Of a DNA stretch of 64,000 nucleotides, positions 48,140-57,798 are shown piece after piece. The notes below the pieces were generated by a model. That model searched no databases. It was not told the origin of the DNA and saw only the letters and a list, made by a program, of their open reading frames with translations. The stretch is taken from contig OZ244960.1 in assembly GCA_965222605.1 (NCBI GenBank), positions 3,104,001-3,168,000 of the forward strand, given 5' to 3'. Source of the DNA: Candidatus Latescibacterota bacterium (GTDB lineage: Bacteria; Latescibacterota; UBA2968). Both the position numbers and the translations under genes were made by a program. Each line of letters opens with the position of its first letter. The first letter of the stretch is position 1.

Positions 48140-49576
48140 TTACAGGAGCGGAGAGATTAGAGTGAGAGCGACTCGAAAAGAGTGATTCGTCATCATAACC
48201 TTTCCTTGAGGATCGATCAGGACATAGTGCGGATAGCCTCCAATGTTATACATCTTTGACACTTTGTTATTGTTGTCTATAGTGTCCAGGATCTGCGGCC
48301 ATTCAATGTGAGACTTCTCCACATAATTCTTGACTTTGTCTCTTCTGGTATCGGCACTGATGCCGATAATCTCGAAGTTATCCCGGTCGAATTTTTCAGA
48401 TAGTGCTTTCAATCTGGGCGTATCTTTGATACATGGCCCGCACGAGGTGTACCAGAAGTCCAACAAAACGTATTTACCCTTGAAATTTGAAAGCTGAAGA
48501 TTCTTTCCGTCTATATCGGTAACTGCAAAATCCGGTGCTATAGAACCTCGCTTGATCTCAATCTTTGTTGGGACGGAGACATCTGATTTTCTGAGGATAA
48601 TTTCATCACCAGAGGCAGAGATGCTTTTAATTTCAAATGTGGTACCACCGATATTAAAGGGTTTGTCAACGTCGTAATATTCCGCTGATTCGAGTTCACT
48701 CCCGAATATGCCATCGCGATCGAGGTCCCATAGTATTCTGTTAAAAATTTTGGTAGAGTAGGTCGCGAAGCGTCCTTTGTTGTAGATCGCCAGGTCGTAT
48801 AATTGACCATCTATTTCTACTCGTCCTTTTCTGTATTCAGTTACGCTTCCCCTGAATTTTGGGAAGGTTGGATCTTTCCGCTTTTTCACATATTGCGTAT
48901 ATCTATGAACCTCCACGTCCACCCTTTGGGTTTTGGCGATTCTACCATCGTTATATTCAAATTCAACGGTGGCATTTGCCTTTTGCCCATGTGGAAGTTT
49001 CCAAGGTAGAATGTAGCTCAGCAGACGATATACTGTACCGAAGTTCTCTGGATATATCGCATGTTCATCGGAGAAGTCTTCATTGTTGTTGGTATCAAAA
49101 ATGAAAATAGTATTTCCATTCCGATCCCGGCCATTCACAAAGGATACTTTGCTATCTACAGGTACTCCTAAGTCATACGGTTCCCAGAGTTCTCGATCGG
49201 TCTCTTCTTGATAAAGGAGAATGCACAACTGTAGAGCACTCAACTCAAATACCCCATAGAATTCGATGGTCATTTCCGGCGGAAATCCTCGCAGGCTCTT
49301 CTCGATCGGTTTTCGACTTATCCAATCGTGATCATGAAAGTCAATCGATGATGACTCGAATCTCGATAATGCTTGTGCGCTTACAGGTACACGCTCCAGG
49401 GGGATCACAACTTCATCCATGTTAGCTGAGTCAAATCGCGCAACGGATGGGTTATCTGAGGAATCCTGGGCATTCTTGGAAAGGCCGAAGAGTGTGGAAT
49501 GGACAGAGAGTGAGAAGAGTATAAGCAGACCAGTGAGGATGCTGTTCTTTCGGAAAGTCGAGCGGATGGAGATCAT
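48140..49576 (-). CDS. Exported TlpA-family thiol-disulfide oxidoreductase with unknown N-terminal domain
   Basis: Signal/TM N-terminus; C-terminal APDF...KGKYVLLDFWYTSCGPC...YPHYVLIDPQGK; AGGAGG RBS. Confidence 0.88.
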   Translation of the reverse strand: MISIRSTFRKNSILTGLLILFSLSVHSTLFGLSKNAQDSSDNPSVARFDSANMDEVVIPLERVPVSAQALSRFESSSIDFHDHDWISRKPIEKSLRGFPPEMTIEFYGVFELSALQLCILLYQEETDRELWEPYDLGVPVDSKVSFVNGRDRNGNTIFIFDTNNNEDFSDEHAIYPENFGTVYRLLSYILPWKLPHGQKANATVEFEYNDGRIAKTQRVDVEVHRYTQYVKKRKDPTFPKFRGSVTEYRKGRVEIDGQLYDLAIYNKGRFATYSTKIFNRILWDLDRDGIFGSELESAEYYDVDKPFNIGGTTFEIKSISASGDEIILRKSDVSVPTKIEIKRGSIAPDFAVTDIDGKNLQLSNFKGKYVLLDFWYTSCGPCIKDTPRLKALSEKFDRDNFEIIGISADTRRDKVKNYVEKSHIEWPQILDTIDNNNKVSKMYNIGGYPHYVLIDPQGKVMMTNHSFRVALTLISPLL

Positions 49577-49697
49577 GGTTTCCTCCTGAGGATTTAAAGA
49601 GCGGTTACGGTTGTAAGATCTGCGTGGATATTCTCAACCGCTCACAATTTCAGGCGACACTTCCTTTAGGTGCGTATTCTTTGTGCCGATTTTATAT

Positions 49698-49815
49698 GCA
49701 ATAATCGTGCCAAAAGATACAAATGTTGAAATAACAATAGGTTACGAAAAACTGCTTAAAATTAACGGACGAATAAGTGTCCGAATTTGATACAGTAGTG
49801 TCCGAAAATGAACAC
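49698..49815 (-). promoter_or_regulatory. sigma54 promoter + IHF-like site + enhancer dyads (copy 3)
   Basis: TGGCACGATTATTGC at 49712-49698; TAACAATAGGTTA at 49732-49744; dyad block 49772-49815 with 2 mismatches to copy 1. Confidence 0.85.
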
Positions 49816-50029
49816 TTGTAAGGGATGGGAGAGGTAAGATGGGAGAGGTGATTACAATCATACACCATTAGAAAAAGTCATGAGCCAAAACAATCACGCA
49901 CAGCGTGTGAGTCCGTCTCGCAGCGGAATCTTTATGCCATTCTAACTGTGCAGGCCATAGCATGGTGTGTGACCACAGAAACGATTTGCGCTGTGCCAGC
50001 CCCTCGGCGTTTGAGAGCGGCATTTTTTG

Positions 50030-50061
50030 CCTACTTTTTTTTGCTGGTGAAAAAAAGTAGG
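50030..50061. repeat. Intergenic inverted repeat (possible MITE-like element or terminator)
   Basis: CCTACTTTTTTT / AAAAAAAGTAGG stem followed by TCGCCG. Confidence 0.5.
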
Positions 50062-50169
50062 TCGCCGCACGCCGCAGGCATGGCGTAGCCACACGCATGA
50101 AAAGGAAAATAATAGAAAAAACTCTATACGTCGTTATACCACAACAAATGAATTATGCACACCCTTCAA

Positions 50170-51333
50170 TCATGTTCTCTTACCCGGTATTCGAAAAACG
50201 AGCACAACGCCGAGCAACATCAAAATCGCGCTGATTTGAAAAGCCCAGCGCAGACCATAAGCATCTGCCATGATGCCGAGGAGCAACATTGCCACACCTC
50301 GAAGCGCGAATCCCGCGCCCATATAAAGCCCATTGGCAAATGCCCGGTTTTCTGGGCAGCTTTCCTGTACCATTGCCATGACTACTGGGCCTGTGGAGAG
50401 GGCGACAAAGCCCAGGAGCACTAAAATGGGAAATAAGGCCCAGCCCTGGGTTTCGAGAAAGACAAATAGCAGGATGGGGGTGACAATCATGGAAAAGCCG
50501 AGTATCTGTTTGCGTCCCCAGCGGTCGCTTACCCATCCGCCGATTAGCGCACCGCCAATGCCCGCGCCTTCCAGTACGGAAAGAGACGCGCCCGATAGCC
50601 ACAAGCTGGCGCCTTCTTCGGTCAAGAAGGTGGGCAGGAATGCGGTTAGAGAGGCCATCATAAACGCCCGAACAAAAACAATACCCGATAGCGGTATCAT
50701 AACCGGTGCCATGCGTTTGAGGGCAGCCTGCCAGGTCAGTGCTTTATAAGCTGATATGACGCGACCCGCAACGCTTTTCATCCGCAACAAGAGCACCAGC
50801 GAAGCCACAACACCAGCGGGTATCAGATAGGTTGTTCCGCCAATCCCCCACAGGCCAATGACGCTTACGATCAAAATAGGTCCTATGGTGCGACCGAGTT
50901 CACCGCACAACATCCAGATGCCCATTCCGCGACCGAGGTTGGAACCCGAGAGCGTTCCGGCCATTGCCGGTCCAACTGCGTGAAAAGCTGCGGAGCTAAA
51001 TCCCGTGATTAACAATAGCGCGGTCAGGGATAGATAACCGTGCGCGATGCCGAGCAGGCTCATGGCAATGCCCGTTATAACAGGTCCCAGGATTACGAGA
51101 AATCGCAAATTCAGGCGGTCTGCCTGATGCCCGATAATGGGTTGAAATACCGACGGTGCCTGTCTGACGACCATTAACAAACTGGCCTCGGTTTTGGATA
51201 AGGACAGGGTTTGTATAAAAATAGGCAGCAAGGGTGGCAAAAATCCGCTGTATGTATCGTGTACAGCATGGCCACCGGAGAGGGTAATCACGTCACGGGT
51301 CTGAAAACGGCTGTTATCACTATTTGAGGACAT
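50170..51333 (-). CDS. MFS transporter (Fsr-like)
   Basis: 387 aa, ~12 TM; H..HD.Y.GFLPPLLP, GHQADR, GWVSDRWGRK motifs. Confidence 0.9.
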   Translation of the reverse strand: MSSNSDNSRFQTRDVITLSGGHAVHDTYSGFLPPLLPIFIQTLSLSKTEASLLMVVRQAPSVFQPIIGHQADRLNLRFLVILGPVITGIAMSLLGIAHGYLSLTALLLITGFSSAAFHAVGPAMAGTLSGSNLGRGMGIWMLCGELGRTIGPILIVSVIGLWGIGGTTYLIPAGVVASLVLLLRMKSVAGRVISAYKALTWQAALKRMAPVMIPLSGIVFVRAFMMASLTAFLPTFLTEEGASLWLSGASLSVLEGAGIGGALIGGWVSDRWGRKQILGFSMIVTPILLFVFLETQGWALFPILVLLGFVALSTGPVVMAMVQESCPENRAFANGLYMGAGFALRGVAMLLLGIMADAYGLRWAFQISAILMLLGVVLVFRIPGKRT

Positions 51334-51495
51334 GGGCTTCTTTCGAAAAACGGTGATGAATGACGACTTTAAGATAAAGCGCGGAGGCGTTTTGAAGGAG
51401 TGCTAAATGATGGGGTGTGACTAAGTACAGCACTGTTTCTTAGGGTTGCGGGAATGTATTTAGGGACATAATTTAATTGGAGGCTGGGGACCATC

Positions 51496-51521
51496 GGGAC
51501 GGCACAGGGACCGTCCCCTAC
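51496..51521 (-). repeat. GTAG-type REP palindrome
   Basis: GTAGGGGACGGTCCCTGTGCCGTCCC; related copies at 59572 and 60092. Confidence 0.7.
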
Positions 51522-51551
51522 TGATCGTTCATTTTCACGGAGATCAATAAC

Positions 51552-52715
51552 ATGTCTGATTATCCCCCTGTTCGTGCGATTACTCGGGGACCTGAATACC
51601 ACTGGTTTGGTTATTACGACAAGTGGCAAATAGATCCTACAGGCCGATACGCACTCGGTATGGAGGTCGATTTTGAGCACCGGTCGCCTTCGGCGGATGA
51701 TACGGTTGCGCTGGGTATTATTGATATGGAGGATGGCGATACGTGGTCTGAGTTCGGGCGCACGCGGGCCTGGTGCTGGCAACAGGGGTGTATGTTGCAG
51801 TGGATACCCAATTCGGATACGGATGTTATTTTTAATGATCGCGAAGGGGATGCGTTTGTCTCGCGGATATACAATGTGAAAACTGGGGCTATTCGCACGC
51901 TTCCGCACGCGATTTATACGCTTTCGCCCGATGGCAAAACAGCGATTGGTGCTGATTTTCGCCGTATCAATCACATGCGGCCCGGGTATGGCTATGCGGG
52001 GATTCCCGATCCCAATCGCGATGTGTGTGCGCCCGATGATGTGGGTATTTATTCTGTGGATCTGGCAACTGGCGAATCAACGCTTATTGTTACGATTGCC
52101 GAGGTTGCCGCGATCCCGTATCCGCATGGCGATATTTCTGAGGCACGTCACTATTTTAATCATTTGCTGTTTAATACGGATGGGTCGCGGTTCATTTTTT
52201 TGCATCGCTGGCGATTTGGCGAGGGCGGTTTTGATACGCGGATGATGACGGCAAATGCCGATGGATCAAGTTTGCATGTGGTTGATGATTACGGCAAGAT
52301 GTCGCATTTTATCTGGCGCGATCCGCAGACGATTCTCGGGTGGGCGTATCACCCGTCGCACGGGAATAAGTTTTATCTTTATCGAGATCTTTCCGACGCG
52401 GAGCCAGAGGTGATTGGTGCCGAGGTTATGACGGTTAATGGTCACTGTACGTATTTGCCGGGTAATGAGTGGATTCTCAATGATTCTTATCCGTCACACG
52501 GCCATCGCCATCAGATTCCATATCTTTATTATGTTGCGACTGGCAAGCGCGTTGATCTGGGTATTTTCCCGTCGCCAGAACCCTATACGGGTGAGTGGCG
52601 TTGTGATTTGCATCCGCGCTATAGTCCCGATGGGCAGTTTGTGGTGATTGATTCGGCACATAAGGGCGATGGGCGGCAGATGTATCGGATTGAGGTGGGT
52701 GATGTTGTAGAATAA
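51552..52715 (+). CDS. Beta-propeller protein (oligogalacturonate lyase/TolB-like)
   Basis: FGYYD, AWCWQQG, FNHLLFNTDGSRFIFLHRW, RCDLHPRYSPDG motifs. Confidence 0.75.
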   Translation: MSDYPPVRAITRGPEYHWFGYYDKWQIDPTGRYALGMEVDFEHRSPSADDTVALGIIDMEDGDTWSEFGRTRAWCWQQGCMLQWIPNSDTDVIFNDREGDAFVSRIYNVKTGAIRTLPHAIYTLSPDGKTAIGADFRRINHMRPGYGYAGIPDPNRDVCAPDDVGIYSVDLATGESTLIVTIAEVAAIPYPHGDISEARHYFNHLLFNTDGSRFIFLHRWRFGEGGFDTRMMTANADGSSLHVVDDYGKMSHFIWRDPQTILGWAYHPSHGNKFYLYRDLSDAEPEVIGAEVMTVNGHCTYLPGNEWILNDSYPSHGHRHQIPYLYYVATGKRVDLGIFPSPEPYTGEWRCDLHPRYSPDGQFVVIDSAHKGDGRQMYRIEVGDVVE

Positions 52716-52727
52716 AGGAGATATGAT

Positions 52728-53469
52728 ATGGCAATAGCTGAAGCACCTGCTGTATTGACGGAAGAGGAGTTGCTGCATTTTCGCACGAGGGGGTATCTCG
52801 GTCCGTATTCGCTGTGTTCGGAGAGGGAGATGGCGGATCTTCGCCCGGCGATTGAAGAGGTGCTGAAGACAGATCCGCCAGATGCTAAGAATCGCATTCA
52901 CAACCGACATCTGGATAGCCGGGTGATTTACGATTTGTCAACGCATCCCGAGATTCTCAGTCGCATGGTGGCTCTGTACGGCGCAGATTTGATGTTGTGG
53001 CGCACCAATTTTTTTATCAAGTACAAGGGTACGCGGGCGATTCCATGGCATCAGGATTTCAATTATTGGCCGCTCGAGCCGCCGATTATTGTTTCGGCGT
53101 GGATTGCGGTGGATGCTTCGACAAAAGAGAATGGAAATTTGCAGCTTATTCCCGGCTCACATCGCAAAATTATTCCCCATATTAAAGCCACGCCAGATGT
53201 GCAGTTTCAGGAGATGGCCGATGCGGGGTATTACGATCCGGATCAACTGGTCGATCTCGAGATGCAACCCGGTGAGTTTATTCTGTTTAATGAGCGCACG
53301 TTGCATCACTCGAAAGCCAATTTTTCGGATTTGCGTCGTATTGGTCTGGCGGTGCGCGATTCCTCCGATTGTCCATGTTCTCAAATACGATTCCGAAGAC
53401 CACGCGCTTCAGATTATTCACGGCGAAGATACGATGGGGTTTAATCGCGTTACACAACCGCCGGTATAA
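52728..53469 (+). pseudogene. PhyH-family Fe(II)/2OG dioxygenase, frameshifted near 53357
   Basis: WHQD and LHHS motifs; after RRIGLAVR the plausible tail IPPIVHVLKYDSEDH...GFNRVTQPPV* lies in another frame ending at 53469, just before the next RBS. Confidence 0.75.
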
Positions 53470-53483
53470 GGGGAACCAACTGT

Positions 53484-54671
53484 ATGAAGATTACCAATAT
53501 TGAGACGTTTATTGTCGATGCGGGTTGGCGCCCGTGGATATTTGTTCGGGTGGATACAGATGAGGGTATTAGTGGCTGGGGGGAGTGCAGCGATGGTCGC
53601 AGTCCTTATGGGGTTACGGGTACGGTGCGCGATCTGACGCCTTTGCTTATCGGCAAGGATCCGCGCGCTTATGAGATGCGCTTTTGGGATATGTTGCGGG
53701 GGACGCGACAGAGTCCGGGGGGTATTGCGGCGAAGGCGATTGCGGGTGTTGAACTCGCGCTTATTGATATTAAGGCGCGTGCGCTCGGTATTTCTGTTGT
53801 GGAACTTTTTGGGGGTCCAACGCGCGAGCAGGTTCGCGTTTACTGGTCGCACTGCGGGACTTCGCGTGCGCGCAATAGCGATTTGCTCAATACCCCACCG
53901 CTTCGGACGATGGACGATATTGCCGCGCTGGGGCGGGAGGTTGTGGAGAGGGGATATACGGCGCTGAAGACGAATATTGTTATACCGGGGGATCCAGCTG
54001 GCGTGTATTTTGGCGGATTTGGCGGTGAACCGGGGACGACAGATGGCGTGGTTACGCGGCAGATTCTCCGGCATATTGAGACGCTTATTGGTACGTTTCG
54101 AGATGCTGTGGGGCCCGATGTCGATATCAATCTGGATCTCAATTTCAATTTTAAACCCGAGTCGTGTATGCGTATTGCCAGGTTGCTCGAACAATTTGAT
54201 TTGCTGTGGCTGGAGATCGATATGTACGAACCCGATGCGATTCGGCAGATTAAGGATGCGACGAGTACTAAAATTTGTACGGGTGAAAATTTGTTTTATA
54301 TGCGCGAATTTATCCCTTATTTTCAGGCGCGGTCTGCGGATGTGTTTATGATCGATGTGCCGTGGAATGGATTTGCTCAGTCTAAAAAGGTAGGGGATTT
54401 GGCCGAGGCGTATCAACTCAATGTTGCGCCGCACAATTATTATAGCCATCTTTCAACATGTATTAGTGCCAGCCTGTGCGCGGTTTTGCCCAATGTGCGT
54501 ATTATGGAGATTGATGTTGACGATGTGCCCTGGCGCGAAGATATGGTTACCCATGTGCCAGCAATTGAAAATGGGTATCTGACGATTCCCACAGGTGTGG
54601 GCTGGGGTACGGAGATGGTCGAGGATGTGCTCAAAGCGCATCCCTGGGAAAAAGGAAATGCGAATTGGTGA
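53484..54671 (+). CDS. Mandelate racemase/muconate lactonizing enzyme family (acid-sugar dehydratase-like)
   Basis: MKITNIETF..RPWIFVRVDTDEGISGWGE, GYTALK, TGE, APHN motifs. Confidence 0.9.
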   Translation: MKITNIETFIVDAGWRPWIFVRVDTDEGISGWGECSDGRSPYGVTGTVRDLTPLLIGKDPRAYEMRFWDMLRGTRQSPGGIAAKAIAGVELALIDIKARALGISVVELFGGPTREQVRVYWSHCGTSRARNSDLLNTPPLRTMDDIAALGREVVERGYTALKTNIVIPGDPAGVYFGGFGGEPGTTDGVVTRQILRHIETLIGTFRDAVGPDVDINLDLNFNFKPESCMRIARLLEQFDLLWLEIDMYEPDAIRQIKDATSTKICTGENLFYMREFIPYFQARSADVFMIDVPWNGFAQSKKVGDLAEAYQLNVAPHNYYSHLSTCISASLCAVLPNVRIMEIDVDDVPWREDMVTHVPAIENGYLTIPTGVGWGTEMVEDVLKAHPWEKGNANW

Positions 54672-54681
54672 GGAGGACAAT

Positions 54682-55419
54682 ATGAATAATCAACAACACT
54701 TTTTTGAACTCGATGTCTATGGCTTTACGGTTGTTGAAAATGTTTTGACGACTGAGGAAGCAGGCGAGATGCGCGAAGCACTTATGCGCTGTGAGAAAGA
54801 AGTTGGCACGGAGGCCAAAAATCGGGGAACCGCTCGGCATGTCGCCAATTTGCCTGTGCTGGATCGCGTTTTTCACAAGACTATTGACCATCCGCGGATA
54901 CTTCCATTGCTCGAGCATTATCTGGAGAAGTCGCTTATTTTGGGCAGTCTCAATGCCCGCATCGTGCGTCCGGGCGATCCAGATCAGGGGTTGCACAGTG
55001 ATATTCCATTGGAGATGCTCAATTTCAGTTCGCCAGTTATGATGAATACGATTTGGATGCTCGATGATTTTTCGCCGATAAATGGGGGCACGCGCGTGGT
55101 GCCGGGGTCGCATAAGAGTGGATTGGCTATCCCGCCAGAGGATGTGTCTGTCAAGCATATTGCACAACCCGAGGGATCTGCGGGTAGTGTTATTGTTATT
55201 AACGGTCAAATATGGCATGCGGGCGGCGCGAATACGGGGACGACGAATCGCCACGCGTTGTTCGGCCACTATCGCAAACGCATGTGTATGTTTCAAGTGG
55301 ATCCCCACGATGGTTTTCCACCTGAATGGTTTGACGGGCTTACAGATAGACAAAGGCAATTGATGCGGATGAGTAAGGGGCTTAAAACAGCCCACGCGGC
55401 GGATGCACATTTCAGGTAA
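54682..55419 (+). CDS. PhyH-family dioxygenase
   Basis: LHSD, WMLDDFSPINGGTRVVPGSH, IWHAGGAN; AGGAGG RBS. Confidence 0.9.
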   Translation: MNNQQHFFELDVYGFTVVENVLTTEEAGEMREALMRCEKEVGTEAKNRGTARHVANLPVLDRVFHKTIDHPRILPLLEHYLEKSLILGSLNARIVRPGDPDQGLHSDIPLEMLNFSSPVMMNTIWMLDDFSPINGGTRVVPGSHKSGLAIPPEDVSVKHIAQPEGSAGSVIVINGQIWHAGGANTGTTNRHALFGHYRKRMCMFQVDPHDGFPPEWFDGLTDRQRQLMRMSKGLKTAHAADAHFR

Positions 55420-55439
55420 TTGGAAAATAGGAGATCAAA

Positions 55440-55871
55440 ATGCTCGTTGGTATATCCCCGCTGTTCAGTCCCGAGTTGCTCGCTACGATTTATCGCATGG
55501 GACACGGAGATGAGATTGTTCTGGCAGATGCACATTTTCCCGGGCATTCGGTGAATGCCAATACGCTGCGGGCTGATGGTTTGGGGGTTGCGGATTTGCT
55601 CGAAGCAATTTTGCCGTTGTTTGTGCTGGATACGTATGTGGATAGTCCGGTTTTTATGATGGATGCTGTGCCGGGCGATACGCTCGATCCCGCGGTTGAG
55701 GCGTCTTACCGGGCTGTTATTGATGAGATATGGCCAGGTACGCCTCCGATCGCGCGTGTTGAACGCTTTGCTTTTTACGAACAGGCGAGACACGCTTTTG
55801 CGGTTGTTATGACTGGGGAGACGGCAAAATATGGCAATGTTATTTTAAAAAAAGGTGTGACGCCGGTGTAG
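55440..55871 (+). CDS. fucU: L-fucose mutarotase (RbsD/FucU family)
   Basis: [38 protein letters not shown]. Confidence 0.9.
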   Translation: MLVGISPLFSPELLATIYRMGHGDEIVLADAHFPGHSVNANTLRADGLGVADLLEAILPLFVLDTYVDSPVFMMDAVPGDTLDPAVEASYRAVIDEIWPGTPPIARVERFAFYEQARHAFAVVMTGETAKYGNVILKKGVTPV

Positions 55872-55879
55872 GAGCAGTT

Positions 55880-57040
55880 ATGCCAACGCAAACCGATCAG
55901 CTCAAACAACGCAATCGCGAACTTTCTATTCTCAATGCGATCGCCCATGCACTCAACCAGTCTGTGGATCTCGATCAAGCCCTGGAGACAGCGCTTGAAA
56001 AAGTAGCTGCACTGCTCGATTTGAGTACCAGCTGGATATGGCTCATGCACGAAGAAACGGGCGAACCCTATCTGGCTGCTGCACAAAACTTACCCCCTGT
56101 ATTGCGCGATAATCCAGATAGAATGGGTGGCTGGTGCTATTGTCTGGACACCTATCAGAAAGGCGATTTGAAGGGGGCTGCTAATGTGAATGTCGTGACA
56201 TGCAGCCGATTGAAAGGACTTGTAGAGGGAACAGACGGGTTGCAGTACCACGCGAGTATTCCACTGTATGCCCAGAAAAAAAAGGTGGGGGTGTTGAATG
56301 TGGGCAGTGTTGAATGGCGCGAGCTTTCGGATGAAGATTTGCGCTTGCTCAATACCGTGGGCGATTTGATGAGTATTGCTATTGAGCGGGCGCGTTTGTA
56401 CGAAAAAAGCGTTGAGATTGGTGCTGCGGATGAGCGTCTCCGCGTTGCGCGAGAAATACACGACACTCTGGGTCAGAATCTGGCGGCGATCTTAATGCGG
56501 TTGGAAATCCTGGATGCGTTGCTCGAAGATAATACAGATCGCAAAAAGCTGTCTGAAACCGTGCGCGATGCCATGGCTTTGGCGCGCGATAATCTGGAAG
56601 ATGCGCGGCGCACTGTGCTGGATTTGCGCGCTGCACCGCTTGAAAATCGCACATTGGCCGAAGCATTGCAAGATCTGGGGCGCGAAATAGGAGACGAGAC
56701 AAATCTGGATATACGCGTAAAGAGTATTGGCGGATATCCCTTGTCTGTGCGGGTCGAAGCGGGGTTGTATCGCATGGCTCAGGAGGCGTTGAACAATGTT
56801 GTGCAACACGCAAGAGCCAGAAGAGTTCTGGTTGAACTGACCTCAACGCCCGAATACGTAGAACTCGTGGTTGAAGACGACGGGCGCGGGTTTGATCCTG
56901 CAAACGTGTCAGAAGGCCGATATGGCCTGGTTGGGCTGAATGAGCGGGCGCATTTGCTCGGGGGATCTTTTGCAATTGAAAGTGCGCCCGAGCACGGTAC
57001 GCGTTTGGATATCCGCATTCCTTTGGAGCGCAAAATATGA
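55880..57040 (+). CDS. Cytoplasmic GAF + HisKA_3 sensor kinase (YhcY/AirS-like)
   Basis: GAF with WCYC-x19-CSRL; ERLRVAREIHD, QEALNNVVQHA, DDGRGF; no TM. Confidence 0.9.
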   Translation: MPTQTDQLKQRNRELSILNAIAHALNQSVDLDQALETALEKVAALLDLSTSWIWLMHEETGEPYLAAAQNLPPVLRDNPDRMGGWCYCLDTYQKGDLKGAANVNVVTCSRLKGLVEGTDGLQYHASIPLYAQKKKVGVLNVGSVEWRELSDEDLRLLNTVGDLMSIAIERARLYEKSVEIGAADERLRVAREIHDTLGQNLAAILMRLEILDALLEDNTDRKKLSETVRDAMALARDNLEDARRTVLDLRAAPLENRTLAEALQDLGREIGDETNLDIRVKSIGGYPLSVRVEAGLYRMAQEALNNVVQHARARRVLVELTSTPEYVELVVEDDGRGFDPANVSEGRYGLVGLNERAHLLGGSFAIESAPEHGTRLDIRIPLERKI

Positions 57041-57657
57041 GTACGCCAATTCGCATTGTGGTTGTAGATGATCATCCAGTTGTGCGCGATGGCCTTATTG
57101 CAATGTTGAATACGCAGTCCGATTTTGAGGTGGTGGGAGAAGCAGGCGATGGGGAAGAAGCATTGCAGAAGGTTGCAAAACGCAATCCCGATGTGCTATT
57201 GCTCGATCTGGAGATGCCGGGTGTAGATGGGATTGAAACGCTTCGGCGATTGCAAAACGAAAAGGAGCAGGTGCGGGTCATTGTATTTACGGTTTTTGAT
57301 ACGGATGAGCGCATTGTATCGGCTATGCAGGCCGGGGCAAAGGGTTATTTGCTCAAAGGCGCGCCCAGAGACGAGGTGTTTCGCGCCGTGCGCGTGGTCA
57401 ATGAAGGCGGGTCATTGCTCGAGCCCCTTGTTGCTTCCAAGTTTCTGGATAGTGTAAACAACCCGGATGCGTTGACCGCGCGGCAAAAGGAAGTGCTCAA
57501 ACTGCTGGCAACGGGTCTGTTGAACAAGGAAATTGCCGATCAACTCGGTATTGCAGAACGCACGGTGAAATTTCACGTGAGTGAAATACTGGCGAAACTC
57601 GGCGCGGGCAATCGCACAGAGGCAGTGGCTGTTGCGACGCGGAAAGGGTTGATATAA
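57037..57657 (+). CDS. NarL/LuxR-family response regulator
   Basis: VVDDH, LLDLEMP, LTARQKEVL...NKEIA...TVKFHV. Confidence 0.95.
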   Translation: MSTPIRIVVVDDHPVVRDGLIAMLNTQSDFEVVGEAGDGEEALQKVAKRNPDVLLLDLEMPGVDGIETLRRLQNEKEQVRVIVFTVFDTDERIVSAMQAGAKGYLLKGAPRDEVFRAVRVVNEGGSLLEPLVASKFLDSVNNPDALTARQKEVLKLLATGLLNKEIADQLGIAERTVKFHVSEILAKLGAGNRTEAVAVATRKGLI

Positions 57658-57685
57658 CGATAAGCATAACGCTACATGCAACGCG

Positions 57686-57725
57686 ACCTGTCCGAAAGGA
57701 CAGGTTGTTTTTGTCCCTGGGGACG
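57686..57725 (+). promoter_or_regulatory. Hairpin/terminator and tandem GTCC-N4-GGAC dyads
   Basis: ACCTGTCC-GAAA-GGACAGGT + TGTTTTT; second dyad GTCCCTGGGGAC 23 bp downstream. Confidence 0.55.
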
Positions 57726-57798
57726 ATGTTTTGGGGTTTCGGATGGCGTATTTTTGGGGTGAGATTAGATATCATCCCGATAAACAAGGAGGCATACC

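Noticed and set aside
49823-49849. Tandem GATGGGAGAGGT repeat
   Set aside because: Two copies only, absent from the other two promoter cassettes; no supportable function.
52728-53469. SyrB2-type halogenase
   Set aside because: Has the HQD (HxD) hydroxylase motif, not HxA/HxG.
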